Positions 12,101 through 25,340 of a DNA stretch of 64,000 nucleotides are shown here, in pieces (within the stretch, counting starts at the first letter, position 1; the number at the start of each line of letters is the position of its first letter). The notes under the pieces were generated by a model that did no database searches, was not told where the DNA came from, and saw only the letters and a list, made by a program, of their open reading frames with translations. The translations under genes were made by a program, and so were the position numbers. Origin of the DNA: an uncultured Chloroflexia bacterium (GTDB taxonomy: Bacteria; Chloroflexota; Limnocylindria; Limnocylindrales; CSP1-4); assembly GCA_963752475.1 (NCBI GenBank), contig CAVVYR010000007.1, positions 320,001 to 384,000 on the forward strand. The letters are read 5' to 3'.

Positions 12101-13326
12101 CCCGGCAGAAGCGGACCGTCGGCTCGGGCGTCGTCTTCAACATCGCCATCATCGTCCTCGGCATCGCCGGCATCATCATTCTGCTCATCGGTCGGACGTT
12201 CCTGGGGGAGGAGGAAGCCGCAGGCCCCATCGACCTGTCGGTCGAGCTCACGGCCGTGGCCTCTGGGCTCGAGTCGCCGGTCTTCCTGACCGGCGCCGGC
12301 GATGGCTCGGGCGTGCGCTATGTCGTCGAGCAGCGTGGCACCATCCGCACCCTGGCCGACGACGGGGGCATCGAAGCCGACCCGTTCCTCGACATCCGCG
12401 ACCGCGTGCTCCACCACCACGAGCGCGGTCTGCTGGGGCTGGCCTTCCATCCCCGGTTCGAGGAGAACGGCAGCTTCTACGTGCTCTACTCACAGAAGGA
12501 CGCCGACGGCGCGACGTCGATCAGCGAGTTCACCGTCACCGAGGACACCCTCGTCGAGTCGACCGAGCGGTCGCTGCTGACGATCCCCTCGTTCAGCACG
12601 ATGCACAAGGGCGGCATGCTGGCCTTCGATACCGAGGGCATGCTCCTCGCGGGTATCGGCGATGGCAGCACCGGCAACGACACCGAGGGCAACGGCCAGG
12701 ACCGCGCCTCGCTGCTCTCGACGCTGCTACGCCTCGACGTCGATCGTGGCTTCCCGTATGCCGTCCCGCCGGACAACGGCTTCGCCGGCGACCGTGAGGC
12801 GCGCGGCGAGATCCACGCCATCGGCCTGCGCAACCCGTGGCGCTTCAGCGTCGACAGCGAGACCGGCCACGTCTACATCGGCGACGTCGGGCAGAGCGAG
12901 TGGGAGGAGATCGACGTGCTCGCTCCCGACACGCGTGGCCCCTCGTTCGGTTGGTCGGTGATGGAAGGCGATGACTGCTTCTTCGGTCGCGACTGCGACC
13001 CGGCCGACCACATCGCGCCGGCCATCGCCTATCCACACGTGGATGGCGACGTGGGCCACTGCAGCGTCATCGGCGGCTACAGCTACCGTGGGGCGGCTGG
13101 CACGCTGCCGGAGGACACGTACCTCTACACCGACTACTGCAGCGGCACGATCTGGGGCGTGGACGGAGCGCAGCTGCGAAACGGACGACCGGAGCCAGCC
13201 GTAGTCGGACAGGTACCGGCCAAGCTGGGTCAGCCCCAATCATTCGGGATCGACGACGACGGCGAGCTCTACCTGCTCACCAACGCCGGCTATGTCGTGG
13301 GCATCACCGAGGCCGGCCCTGGCTGA
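12097..13326 (+). CDS. PQQ-dependent glucose/sorbosone dehydrogenase family protein, membrane anchored
   Basis: ERGLLGLAFHP, GLRNPWRFSVD, GDVGQSEWEEID and SFGIDDDGELY motifs; N-terminal TM helix. Confidence 0.9.
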   Translation: MTRQKRTVGSGVVFNIAIIVLGIAGIIILLIGRTFLGEEEAAGPIDLSVELTAVASGLESPVFLTGAGDGSGVRYVVEQRGTIRTLADDGGIEADPFLDIRDRVLHHHERGLLGLAFHPRFEENGSFYVLYSQKDADGATSISEFTVTEDTLVESTERSLLTIPSFSTMHKGGMLAFDTEGMLLAGIGDGSTGNDTEGNGQDRASLLSTLLRLDVDRGFPYAVPPDNGFAGDREARGEIHAIGLRNPWRFSVDSETGHVYIGDVGQSEWEEIDVLAPDTRGPSFGWSVMEGDDCFFGRDCDPADHIAPAIAYPHVDGDVGHCSVIGGYSYRGAAGTLPEDTYLYTDYCSGTIWGVDGAQLRNGRPEPAVVGQVPAKLGQPQSFGIDDDGELYLLTNAGYVVGITEAGPG

Positions 13327-13381
13327 TCGCGGCTCCGTCGCCGGGTGTCGCCCACGCCGATGCTATCGGCGGCCAGCCGGC

Positions 13382-13451
13382 GGCCAGGCGATGCAGCACC
13401 GTCGGCAGGATGCCGCCGTTGCGGTAGTAGTCGACCTCGATGCCGCCGTCG
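13382..13451 (-). repeat. Direct duplicate of the acnA 3' end
   Basis: 68/70 identity to 14064-14133, with 59 bp perfect. Confidence 0.92.
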
Positions 13452-13502
13452 GTCCGGGTGTCGCCCCTGTCGCTCCCGGGGTGTCGCCTCCGCCGGGCGC
13501 GT

Positions 13503-13710
13503 CCACCGACGTTATCAGCGCTCCAGGCCGCCTGCTGTAGCCCTGTCGCCCCCACCGACGTTATCGGCGCTCCAGGCCGCCTGCTGTAGCCCGCGTCGCC
13601 CCCACCGACGTTATCAGCGCTCCAGGCCGCCTGCTGTAGCCCCCGTCGCCCCCACCGACGTTATCGGCGCTCGAGGCCGCCTGATGTGGACATCCGTCGC
13701 CCGGGTCGAC
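13503..13710. repeat. Tandem array, 4 x 49-50 bp REP-like units
   Basis: Unit ccaccgacgttatc(a/g)gcgctccaggccgcctgctgtagccc..gtcgccc starting at 13503, 13552, 13602 and 13652. Confidence 0.92.
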
Positions 13711-13905
13711 GGTAGGCCCACAGATGGTCCGCCATGCCGAGGGTTCGTGACACTGAGTGTCGGCGGATATGCCCGGACACGCTCGTCGCCGCGCGGAGCG
13801 CGCTCGGGTGCGATCGTTCGAGCGACTACGACCAGGACTATGGTCGACCCAGGCGACACGTGACTACATCGGCAGCCAGACGGCACTCGGATATGCCCTT
13901 GATGA

Positions 13906-14054
13906 CTAGCCGGCGGCCAGGCGGGCGTGAGTGCCGCTATCCGGCGGCCACGCGGTGCGCGCCCCTAGCCGGCGGCCAGGCGGGCGTGAGCGCCGCTAGC
14001 CGGCAGCCAGGCGGGCGTGAGTGCCGCTAGCCGACAGCCAGGCGGTGCGCGCCG

Positions 14055-14073
<19 letters not shown>
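13906..14073. repeat. Tandem 28-31 bp array derived from the acnA stop-codon region
   Basis: cta(g/t)ccg(g/a)(c/t)(g/a)gcca(g/c)gcgg units at 13906, 13937, 13965, 13996, 14027 and 14055; the last is the real acnA end. Confidence 0.88.
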
Positions 14074-16730
<2,657 letters not shown>

Positions 16731-16859
16731 GAGGCGGTCTCCGATAGGGCGCGGCGGGCGCGCTCGTGATGTCGGCACCTGACGGGAGTGCCCGCCTCGG
16801 GTCGTTCGAGTTGCGGACCCAAGTATACGTGCGACGCCTGGGGCCGATACGCTTGGACC

Positions 16860-17786
16860 ATGAACGAGGACCACGGCGGCGCACCGGGCCACCGACACCC
16901 GCACCCGCCGGAAGATCCCAGCGGCCACCCCCGCATCGGGTTCGTAGGAGCCGGCCGCGTGGCCAAGGCCCTGGGCGTCGTCTTCACCCGGGCCGGCTGG
17001 CCGGTGGCCGCGGTCGCCACCCGAGATGAGGCCAACGCGGCGCGCTTCCTCGAGCTCGTGCCGAGCGCCCACGCGGTCTCCTCGATCGCGGCCGCCACCG
17101 ACGACGTCGATCTCATCTTCGTGACCGTGCCCGATGACGCCATCGCCGACGTGGCCGCCGAGCTGCGCCTCTACGCCGGCCAGGCCGCCGTCCATACCTC
17201 CGGAGCGCTGGACGTGACGGTGCTGGAGCCGGCACGCGCAGCGGGGACCCAGCTGGGTTCGTTCCATCCGATGGTCGCCTTCGCCAACCAGGAGGCCGCC
17301 GTGCGCGCGCTACCGAACAGCACCATCGCGCTCGAGGGCGACGACGAGCTCGTGGCCCTGCTGGGTCAGCTCGCGACGGACATCGGCGCTCAGCCCGTGC
17401 GCCTGCCGCCCACCGGCAAGACCGCCTACCACGCCGCAGCGGTGCTCGCGGGCGGCGGCGTCATCGGCCTGCTCGATGGCGTGGCCGAGGTCGCACGCGC
17501 TGCCGGTCTTGACGAAGCCGGCGCGTTGGCCATCTACGTGCCGCTCATCCGACAGGCGCTGACCAACGCCGAGGCCATGGGCATCGGTGATGCCCTCACC
17601 GGCCCGTTCGTGCGTGGCGACGTCGGCACCATCCGCAACCACCTCGAGACCATGCGCCGCCTGGCGCCCGGCGCCGTCGAGATGTACCGCGCCACGGCCG
17701 CTCGCGAGCTGGACCTGGCCGTCGCCAGAGGCGCCATCAGCGAGGAGCAGGCGCTGCCACTGCGGCGACTGCTGGAAGAGGAATAG
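16860..17786 (+). CDS. Rossmann-like and DUF2520 domain protein (PanG-like oxidoreductase)
   Basis: IGFVGAGRVA, VHTSGA, SFHP, YHAAAV and LTGPFVRGD motifs; TACGCT 6 nt before ATG. Confidence 0.88.
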   Translation: MNEDHGGAPGHRHPHPPEDPSGHPRIGFVGAGRVAKALGVVFTRAGWPVAAVATRDEANAARFLELVPSAHAVSSIAAATDDVDLIFVTVPDDAIADVAAELRLYAGQAAVHTSGALDVTVLEPARAAGTQLGSFHPMVAFANQEAAVRALPNSTIALEGDDELVALLGQLATDIGAQPVRLPPTGKTAYHAAAVLAGGGVIGLLDGVAEVARAAGLDEAGALAIYVPLIRQALTNAEAMGIGDALTGPFVRGDVGTIRNHLETMRRLAPGAVEMYRATAARELDLAVARGAISEEQALPLRRLLEEE

Positions 17787-17802
17787 GCGGTACCATCGGC
17801 AC

Positions 17803-18120
17803 ATGCAGCGAGGCGTCGGCTCCATCCGCGTGACACACCGAGGGACGAGGTTCGTGTCGCGGTCCGGCTCCGCTCGTGCACCGCATCCGCTCTCGCGCAG
17901 CCACTCGCGCATCACCCCGCGGGTGCCCTCGGCCATCCGCGCCGCGGTCGTGCGCGATCCGGTCGGGGCCATCCGTCGCTCGGCACGCAGTCTGACGCCT
18001 GAGCGCGCAACCGCCTCGACCCCGGCGGCCACCATCCGGCCCGCATCGATCCACTGGTCTTCCCCCCACCGGGCGCTCCGCGACCCGCGTTCGTTCCGCG
18101 CGGTGACCCGGCCCCGCTGA
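17803..18120 (+). CDS. Small Arg-rich hypothetical protein
   Basis: Fills the gap between two genes; TACCAT (17791-17796) lies 6 nt before ATG; stop abuts the NUDIX start. Confidence 0.5.
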   Translation: MQRGVGSIRVTHRGTRFVSRSGSARAPHPLSRSHSRITPRVPSAIRAAVVRDPVGAIRRSARSLTPERATASTPAATIRPASIHWSSPHRALRDPRSFRAVTRPR

Positions 18121-18121
18121 C

Positions 18122-18580
18122 GTGGGCAGATCGAGGCCCGATGCCGGTCTTCCCATCGAGCACGCCTTCAGTGCTGGAGGCGTGGTCATCCGCCACGGGC
18201 ACGACGGTCCGGAGCTCGTGCTCGGCCTGCGTCGCCATGATGGCCGCCGAGCCATCTGGTCGCTGCCCAAGGGCACACCCGACGGGGACGAGACGCCCGA
18301 GCAGACGGCCCTGCGCGAGGTCAACGAGGAGACCGGCCTCCAGGTCCGCATCCTCGACACCATCGGCGACATCCACTACCGCTTCGTGCGCGACGGTCGG
18401 CGTATCGACAAGACCGTCCACTACTACCTGATGGAGGCCACCGGCGGCGATCTGGCGGACCACGACCACGAGTTCGAGGACGTGCGCTGGGTCGAGGTCG
18501 CCGAAGCCGAGACGCTCATGCGCTTCCCGACCGAGCGCGACATCCTGGCCCGGGCCCTACCGGTGGCCGGCCTTGCCTGA
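18122..18580 (+). CDS. NUDIX hydrolase (Ap4A hydrolase-like)
   Basis: Nudix box LPKGTPDGDETPEQTALREVNEETG. Confidence 0.92.
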   Translation: MGRSRPDAGLPIEHAFSAGGVVIRHGHDGPELVLGLRRHDGRRAIWSLPKGTPDGDETPEQTALREVNEETGLQVRILDTIGDIHYRFVRDGRRIDKTVHYYLMEATGGDLADHDHEFEDVRWVEVAEAETLMRFPTERDILARALPVAGLA

Positions 18581-19680
18581 GGACGAGCTCCGTCGCACCG
18601 CGCTCCATGAGGTCCATGCCGGGCTGGGCGCCCGCTTCACCGAGTTCGGCGGCTGGGACATGCCCGTGCGCTACGGCTCGATCATCGACGAGCACGTGGC
18701 CGTGCGAACCGCGGCCGGGCTCTTCGACCTCTCGCACATGGGTGAGCTGCGCGTTGAGGGGCGTGGAGCGGGAGAAGGGCTCGCTGCCGCGCTGGTCAAC
18801 GACCCCTCGCGGTTGGCTGTCGGGCGGGCGGGCTACTCGCTGCTGTGCCAGCCCGATGGTGGGGTCATCGACGATCTGATCGTCTATCGGCTCGCCGACG
18901 AGCGCTACCTGGTCGTACCCAACGCCTCCAACCGTGAGGTCGTGGCAGCGGAGCTGGCCCACCGGCTGGCGGGCCACGACGCGCGACTGACCGACGAGAC
19001 ACTGGAGACCTCGCTGGTCGCCATCCAGGGTCCGGCAGCGTCGGGTGTCCTGGCCCGCGTCACCGACCAGCCGCTCGACTGCTATCCGCAACTACGGCGC
19101 GGCCGCGGCGGTCGTCGCCGGGCTTGACGTGTTCCTGGCCCGCACCGGCTACACCGGCGAAGACGGCTTCGAGCTCTTCTGCGCCTGGGGCGATGCGCCC
19201 GCGCTCTGGGCGGCACTCGCGGATGCCGGCGACGGGGCCGGCGTGAGGCCCTGTGGCCTCGGTGCCCGCGACACGCTGCGCCTCGAGGCCGGCATGCCGC
19301 TGTACGGCAACGAACTCGATCGCGAGACCACGCCGTTCGAGGCTGGCCTCGGCTGGGCCGTCACGCTCGAGCGCGACTTCATCGGCCGGGAGTCCCTCGC
19401 CAAGAGCGCCGAGCACCCACGCAAGCGGCTCGTCGGGCTCATGCTGCGGGCACGAGGCATCGCCCGCCATGGCTATCCGGTGACATGCGCCGGCGGCTCG
19501 GAGTTCATCGGTGTCGTCACCAGCGGCAGCCAGTCGCCCACGCTCGGCCAGGCTATCGCCATGGCCTACGTTCCGCCCGAAGACGCGGCCGCGGGTACCA
19601 TGCTCGACATCGCCGTTCGCGGAGCTGCCGTACCCGCGGAGGTGGTGCCGCTGCCGTTCTATCGCCGACCGGGCCGTTGA
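18573..19680 (+). CDS. gcvT: Glycine cleavage T protein, frameshift near 19080
   Basis: FGGWDMPVRY and FDLSHMG in the first frame; RTGYTGEDGFE and GLGARDTLRLEAG in the second. Confidence 0.95.
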
Positions 19681-19743
19681 GCCCGGCCTGTGAGGCCCGC
19701 CGGGCGAACGTCGGGCTGTCGTTGATCGTTGGAGGACCGTGAC

Positions 19744-20124
19744 GTGGATGTACCCGAGAGCCTGCGCTACAGCAAGGATCACGAGTGGCTGCGGACCGAG
19801 GGCCACGAAGCCGTGGTCGGCATCACCGCCTATGCCGCCGAGGAGCTGGGCGATATCGTCTTCGTCGAGCTGCCAGAGGTCGGCCGGGTGCTGACCAAGG
19901 ATGAGACGCTCGGCGTCATCGAATTGGTCAAGACCGCGAGCGACCTCTTCGCGCCCGTGGCCGGCGAGGTCGTGGCCGTCAACGAGGCCCTCGCTGACGC
20001 GCCCGAGCTGGTCAACAGCGAGCCCTACGAAGGCGGCTGGATGGTCCGCCTCAAGCTCGACGATGTGTCCGCCGCCGAGTCCTTGATGGACGCCGCTGCC
20101 TACCGCGAGAGCCTCGCCGGCTAA
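19744..20124 (+). CDS. gcvH: Glycine cleavage H protein
   Basis: YSKDHEW, GDIVFVELP, lipoyl-Lys region IELVKTASD and PYEGGW; GGAGG RBS. Confidence 0.95.
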   Translation: MDVPESLRYSKDHEWLRTEGHEAVVGITAYAAEELGDIVFVELPEVGRVLTKDETLGVIELVKTASDLFAPVAGEVVAVNEALADAPELVNSEPYEGGWMVRLKLDDVSAAESLMDAAAYRESLAG

Positions 20125-20129
20125 GCATC

Positions 20130-21479
20130 ATGGTCTACGGCCCCCATACCCCCGAGACCCGCGCGCAGATGCTGGCCACGCTCGGCCTTGATGCGGTGGA
20201 GCGGCTGTTCGACGACATCCCCGGACCCGTCCGAGCGGACGGCCTGGCGCTGCCCGAGCCGATCTCCGAGCTCGATCTCAGCCGCGAGCTGGCGGCGCTG
20301 GCCGGCGCCAACCGCGTCGACCTGGCCTCCTTCCTCGGCGCCGGCGTGTACCAGCACCACATCCCCTCGGCCGTGGACGCCGTGCTCTCGCGGGGCGAGT
20401 TCTACACCGCCTACACGCCCTACCAGCCCGAGATCAGCCAGGGCACGCTTCAGACGATCTACGAGTTCCAGTCGTTGCTGGGCCAGCTGACGGGCCTGCC
20501 CGTCGTCTCGGCCTCGCACTACGACGGGGCAACTGCCACCGCGGAGGCGGCACTGATGACCGTGCGCGCCACGCGACGTGATCGCGTGCTCGTGAGCCGT
20601 GCTCTCCATCGCCACTACATCGAGACCGCGCGCACGTACTTCGCGGCCGGCACCCGCGAGCTCGAGGAGCTGCCCACGACGCCCGATGGCCTCACCGATC
20701 TCGAAGCCCTAGAAGCGGCCCTGGCGGACCCTGACCGGCCGGTCGCCGGCGTCATCCTGGGTCAGCCCAACGCCTTCGGGCTGCTGGAACCGATGGCACG
20801 GGCGGCTCAGCTGGCACACACGGCCGGCGCGCTCTTCGTGGCCGTGGTCGAGCCCACGTCGCTGGCCGTGCTGGCACCGCCCTCGGACTACGGCGCCGAC
20901 ATCGCCGCGGGGGAGGGGCAACCGCTGGGCATCGCGCCCCAGTACGGCGGTCCCTACCTGGGCCTGCTCGCCTGCACCAAGGAGTTGATGCGTCAGATCC
21001 CCGGCCGGCTCGTGGGCAAGACCACCGACATCGAGGGCCGCCGCGCCTTCGTCATGACGTTGCGCGCGCGAGAGCAGGACATCCGCCGTGACAAGGCCGC
21101 CTCCAACATCTGCACCAACCAGGCGCTCTGTGCGCTGGCGGCGACGACGTACCTGGCCACGCTCGGCCCCCACGGGTTGCGTGATGTAGCCGCGGCCGGT
21201 GCGGCCGCCGCCCACCGGCTCGAAGCGGCCCTGTCTACGGCCGGCTTCGAGCGCGTCCACTCGGCGTCATACCTCAACGAGTTCGCCGTGCGCGTGCCTG
21301 ACGCTGCCTCGACCCATGCCCGGTTGCTCGAACGCGATGTGCTCGCGGGTCTGCCGCTGAGCACCTGGTATCCCGATGACCCCGCGCTGACCGATGCGCT
21401 GCTGCTGTGCACCACGGAGTTGACCACCGACGACGACATCGAGCGCCTCGTGGCGGGACTGACGGAGGTGGCGGCATGA
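20130..21479 (+). CDS. gcvPA: Glycine dehydrogenase subunit 1
   Basis: EFYTAYTPYQPEISQG and REQDIRRDKAASNICTNQAL motifs. Confidence 0.96.
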   Translation: MVYGPHTPETRAQMLATLGLDAVERLFDDIPGPVRADGLALPEPISELDLSRELAALAGANRVDLASFLGAGVYQHHIPSAVDAVLSRGEFYTAYTPYQPEISQGTLQTIYEFQSLLGQLTGLPVVSASHYDGATATAEAALMTVRATRRDRVLVSRALHRHYIETARTYFAAGTRELEELPTTPDGLTDLEALEAALADPDRPVAGVILGQPNAFGLLEPMARAAQLAHTAGALFVAVVEPTSLAVLAPPSDYGADIAAGEGQPLGIAPQYGGPYLGLLACTKELMRQIPGRLVGKTTDIEGRRAFVMTLRAREQDIRRDKAASNICTNQALCALAATTYLATLGPHGLRDVAAAGAAAAHRLEAALSTAGFERVHSASYLNEFAVRVPDAASTHARLLERDVLAGLPLSTWYPDDPALTDALLLCTTELTTDDDIERLVAGLTEVAA

Positions 21480-23038
21480 CCGAGCCGAACCTCGCCACCA
21501 ACCGACCGCGCCCTATCCTGCAGCCGGAGAACACCCGGCGTTCGGCCGTGGGTCCGGACCTGCAGCCGCTGCTCTCCGAGCTCCACGCCCCGGGTCGCTC
21601 CTCGTTCAAGGTGCCTCACACCCCGGCCGACGCGCTGGAGGGTGTGCCTCCGGAGCATGTGCGCACCTCACCGCTGGCACTGCCGGAGATCGACGAGCCC
21701 ACGGTCGTGCACCACTTCGTGCGCCTCTCGCACCTCAACTACTCGGTCGACAGCGGCCTCTATCCGCTGGGCTCGTGCACCATGAAGTACAACCCCAAGA
21801 TCAACGAGCAGGCTGCCCGCCTGCCCGGTTTCGCCGGCCTCCACCCGCTGGCCCCAGACGCCCTGGCGCAGGGCAGCCTGGAGCTGATGTGGACGCTGCA
21901 GCGGCAGCTGGCCGAGATCGGCGGCTTCGACGCGGTCTCCCTGCAGCCGGCGGCCGGGGCCCACGGTGAGCTCGCGGGCATCCTCGTCATCCGCGCCTAC
22001 CATCTCGAGCGCGGCGAGGTCGAGCGTGACGAGGTCATCGTGCCCGACTCCTCGCATGGCACCAACCCAGCCACGGCCTCGATGGCCGGGTTCAAGACCG
22101 TGACCATCAAGTCCACCGCTGACGGGCTCGTCGACATCGAGGCCCTGCGTGAGGCGCTGGGTCCCAGCACGGCCGCGGTGATGCTCACGAACCCATCCAC
22201 GCTCGGGCTCTTCGAGCACCACGTGGTCGAGCTGCTCGACGCGGTCCACGAGGCCGGCGCGCTGGCCTACATGGACGGCGCCAACATGAACGCGGTGCTG
22301 GGCCACTTCCGTCCGGGTGAGGCCGGCTTCGACGTCATGCACTTCAACCTGCACAAGACGTTCTCGACGCCCCACGGCGGTGGCGGTCCGGGTGCCGGCC
22401 CCATCGCGGTCGCGGAACACCTGCTGCCCTACCTGCCCGAGCCTCTCGTGGTCCGTGAAGACGACGGTTCGTTCCGGCTCGAGGCGCCAGGGGAGCGCCC
22501 CGGCTCGATCGGCCGCATGCGCGCCTACGGGGGCAGCGTCGGCGTGCTGGTCCGTGCCTATGCCTACATCCGGGCCCACGGCGGATCGGGCCTGCGCGAG
22601 GTGAGTGAGGACGCGGTGCTGGCGGCCAACTACCTGCGCGCTCGCGTCGGTGAGGCCTACGTCCTGCCCGTCGATGGTCTCTGCAAGCACGAGTTCGTGG
22701 CCAGCGCCAGCACCATCAAGGAGGAGACGGGCGTGCGCACGCTCGACATCGCCAAGCGCCTCATCGACCACGGCTATCACCCACCTACGATCTACTTCCC
22801 GCTCATCGTCGACGAGTGCCTGCTCATCGAGCCGACCGAGACCGAGTCGCTCGAGACGCTGGACGCTTTCGCCGACGCCCTCATCGCCGTCGCTCGTGAG
22901 GCCTACGAGGACCCCGAGCTGCTGACCTCCGCGCCCCATGATGCACCGGTGCGACGGCTCGATGAGACCACCGCGGCCCGCAAGCCGGACCTGCATTGGC
23001 AGCCGATGACCGGATCGGAGCGTCCATGCCCCCAGTGA
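21476..23038 (+). CDS. gcvPB: Glycine dehydrogenase subunit 2
   Basis: YPLGSCTMKYNPK, HGTNPA and NLHKTFSTPHGGGGPG motifs; ATGA overlap. Confidence 0.96.
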   Translation: MTEPNLATNRPRPILQPENTRRSAVGPDLQPLLSELHAPGRSSFKVPHTPADALEGVPPEHVRTSPLALPEIDEPTVVHHFVRLSHLNYSVDSGLYPLGSCTMKYNPKINEQAARLPGFAGLHPLAPDALAQGSLELMWTLQRQLAEIGGFDAVSLQPAAGAHGELAGILVIRAYHLERGEVERDEVIVPDSSHGTNPATASMAGFKTVTIKSTADGLVDIEALREALGPSTAAVMLTNPSTLGLFEHHVVELLDAVHEAGALAYMDGANMNAVLGHFRPGEAGFDVMHFNLHKTFSTPHGGGGPGAGPIAVAEHLLPYLPEPLVVREDDGSFRLEAPGERPGSIGRMRAYGGSVGVLVRAYAYIRAHGGSGLREVSEDAVLAANYLRARVGEAYVLPVDGLCKHEFVASASTIKEETGVRTLDIAKRLIDHGYHPPTIYFPLIVDECLLIEPTETESLETLDAFADALIAVAREAYEDPELLTSAPHDAPVRRLDETTAARKPDLHWQPMTGSERPCPQ

Positions 23039-25110
23039 ACCCATCGCGCCTGAAGCTGCCTGCGGCCGCGCTCGCGGGCCTCTTCGTGGTCAGCGCCTGC
23101 CTGACCGACCCCGCCACGCCCCCACCGGAGGAGACGGCGACGGCGGGCCCCACCGAAGTGGCCGCGAGCACCGAGGAGGGCGGCGAGGAGACGACCGAAC
23201 CCACCGCTACGCCGGCGCCGACGCCGGCGCCGACGATCCGACCGACCACCGACGACAGGCTCGTCGTCATCGCGCCCGAGCACCCCACGCGCCTGCTGCC
23301 GGGCGACAACCTCAACGCCACCGAGCAGCTCCTCGTCGACGTGCTCTACGACCCGCTGTACCGGCTGGACAAGGACATGCGGCCGGTGCCGGAGCTGGCC
23401 AAGGACTTCCCCCAGATCAAGAAGACCGACGACGGCTACGAGTGGACGATCCCCATCAAGATCGATGCCCGCTTCCACAGCGGCCAGAAGCTCAAGGCCA
23501 GCGATGTGCTGTTCTCGTTGCGCATGGCCGCCTCGCACTCCTGTCCGCTGGGCCGAAACCTGTGTGAGACCGTGCGCACTTACATGACCGAGGACCCCGT
23601 CCGCGACGACAACGTCGTGACCTTCACGCTCTCGGAGCCGTACGCACCGTTCCTGACCGAGGTCCTCGCGCAGCTACCGATCCTCTCGCAGGAGGACGTC
23701 AAGGACGCCACGCGCGACCTCATCAGCGCCGCCGACCGGCTCAACGAGAACCGGCCGGACAAGCTCATCGCCGATATCTACGACGCCGTCCTCAGCGACG
23801 AGTGCTCCGAGGCCGATCCGCCCAGGGGCTGCCGCCTGACCGACTACCGCAGGCAGCTTGAGCAGGTCTTCCGGCGTGCCGAGATCGAGCTACCCGCGGA
23901 GGCGCCCTATACCGACAGCACGGGCTACTTCGACGAGGACACCTACCTCGGCGATCTGCTCGACCGCCTGGCCGCGCTGGCGCAGGTCTTCGACAGCGAG
24001 GACCAGGACAAGAACTCGGCCGCGCTGGGTCTGCTCGACGCCTCGGTCACGCCCTTCGGTGGCGGCCCCTACGAGCTCGTGAACATCCGCAGGGACGGGA
24101 CCTACGTGCTCAAGGCCAATCAGAAACACACCCGCAACGTGGCCAACATCGGGCGCATGGAGGTGCGCATCGAGCAGGATCCGGAGGTGGCCACCGCGCA
24201 GCTGCTCAACGGTGCCGCGGACTGGGTGCTCGAAGTGCGCGACGACCAGGCTGACATCATCGAGGCGGCCGAGGGCTACCGTGCTGCCGCCCGCCCCACC
24301 GACGTCCAGTACGGCGTGCTCTTCAACGTTCGACCGGACAAGGTCTACTTCGACATCCAGACCCGTCGCGCCTTCGTCGAGTGCATCGACCACGAAGGTC
24401 TGGCCACCGTCCTCGAGGAGGATCAGCCGCTGGCGACCACGCCCTACACGGCCACGTCGTGGGCCATACCCGAAGGCGTGGAGCTGACCCCTCGCAACGT
24501 CGAGTCTGCCAACCAGTGGCTGGACATGGCCGGCTGGCAGATGGCGGCCGATGGGGTGCGCGTGCGGGAGGACGGCACCCGGTTGTCGACCTCGATCGCG
24601 GTGCGTCCCACCAACGTGGAGCTGTTCAGGTTCGCCACCGCTGCCACCGAGCAGCTGGCCGAGTGCGGCATCGAGCTGGTCGTCGACGAGCTCGATCTCA
24701 CCGGCGGCGACATGCTCAACCAGCTGCGCTATCCGAACGACTTCGACACCCTGATGTGGACGCGCTGGCTCGGAGCCGATCCGGACACGGCCGTGCGCGC
24801 CTTCGAGTCGTCGCGCATCACGACCGAGGACCATGTCGCCGACGAGAACGCCAGCGGCTTCACCTCGGAGCTGGTCGACCTGCACGTGGCCAACGCGCGC
24901 GAGACCATGTCGGAGGAAGAGCGAGCCGCGTCGTACGCCTCGGTCAACGAGGAGATCGAGAAGCTCATCCCGTACTGGCCGCTCTGGTACGAGTCCCAGA
25001 CCAGCGCCGTCTCGGCTCGCCTGAAGGACAGGGAGGGTCCAGTGGACCCCGCGGTCTCACGCTACCACTGGGACGTCTCGAGCTGGTCGTTCACCGGCGA
25101 GGCTGAGTGA
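23035..25110 (+). CDS. ABC transporter family-5 substrate-binding lipoprotein with internal insertion
   Basis: Lipobox VSAC; LYDPL...PELA, ARFHSG and PFGGGPY motifs; GTGA overlap with gcvPB. Confidence 0.88.
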   Translation: MNPSRLKLPAAALAGLFVVSACLTDPATPPPEETATAGPTEVAASTEEGGEETTEPTATPAPTPAPTIRPTTDDRLVVIAPEHPTRLLPGDNLNATEQLLVDVLYDPLYRLDKDMRPVPELAKDFPQIKKTDDGYEWTIPIKIDARFHSGQKLKASDVLFSLRMAASHSCPLGRNLCETVRTYMTEDPVRDDNVVTFTLSEPYAPFLTEVLAQLPILSQEDVKDATRDLISAADRLNENRPDKLIADIYDAVLSDECSEADPPRGCRLTDYRRQLEQVFRRAEIELPAEAPYTDSTGYFDEDTYLGDLLDRLAALAQVFDSEDQDKNSAALGLLDASVTPFGGGPYELVNIRRDGTYVLKANQKHTRNVANIGRMEVRIEQDPEVATAQLLNGAADWVLEVRDDQADIIEAAEGYRAAARPTDVQYGVLFNVRPDKVYFDIQTRRAFVECIDHEGLATVLEEDQPLATTPYTATSWAIPEGVELTPRNVESANQWLDMAGWQMAADGVRVREDGTRLSTSIAVRPTNVELFRFATAATEQLAECGIELVVDELDLTGGDMLNQLRYPNDFDTLMWTRWLGADPDTAVRAFESSRITTEDHVADENASGFTSELVDLHVANARETMSEEERAASYASVNEEIEKLIPYWPLWYESQTSAVSARLKDREGPVDPAVSRYHWDVSSWSFTGEAE

Positions 25111-25199
25111 GCCGCGGGTGCGCTGAGTCAGCCGCGGGTACAAGGTCGTCCGTCCCAAGGACCTCTGGCTCTGTGGTCGACGCTTTCGTAGAGGCTCTA

Positions 25200-25340
25200 T
25201 ACAATCCAACGATGCCTGCGACCCTCCATGGGAGACGTGCGCCTGCGTGCACGGATAGGGATGGTCCGCAGTCGAGAGCCCCAATCGCGATCCCTCGGCC
25301 ATCTAGGCCAGGGACGCGCCAAAGAGGAGGAACCTCTCTG
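25200..25340 (+). promoter_or_regulatory. -10 box and long structured 5' leader of the first peptide ABC operon
   Basis: TACAAT at 25200-25205; several hairpins, including agagg-aggaa-cctct covering the RBS. Confidence 0.5.

Noticed and set aside
13503-13710. CRISPR array
   Set aside because: Units are near-identical end to end with no unique spacers and there are no cas genes; the same holds for 44944-45177.
19915-19935. GcvH lipoylation motif ELVK instead of ESVK
   Set aside because: One base (TCG to TTG) in an error-prone assembly; the Lys is intact.
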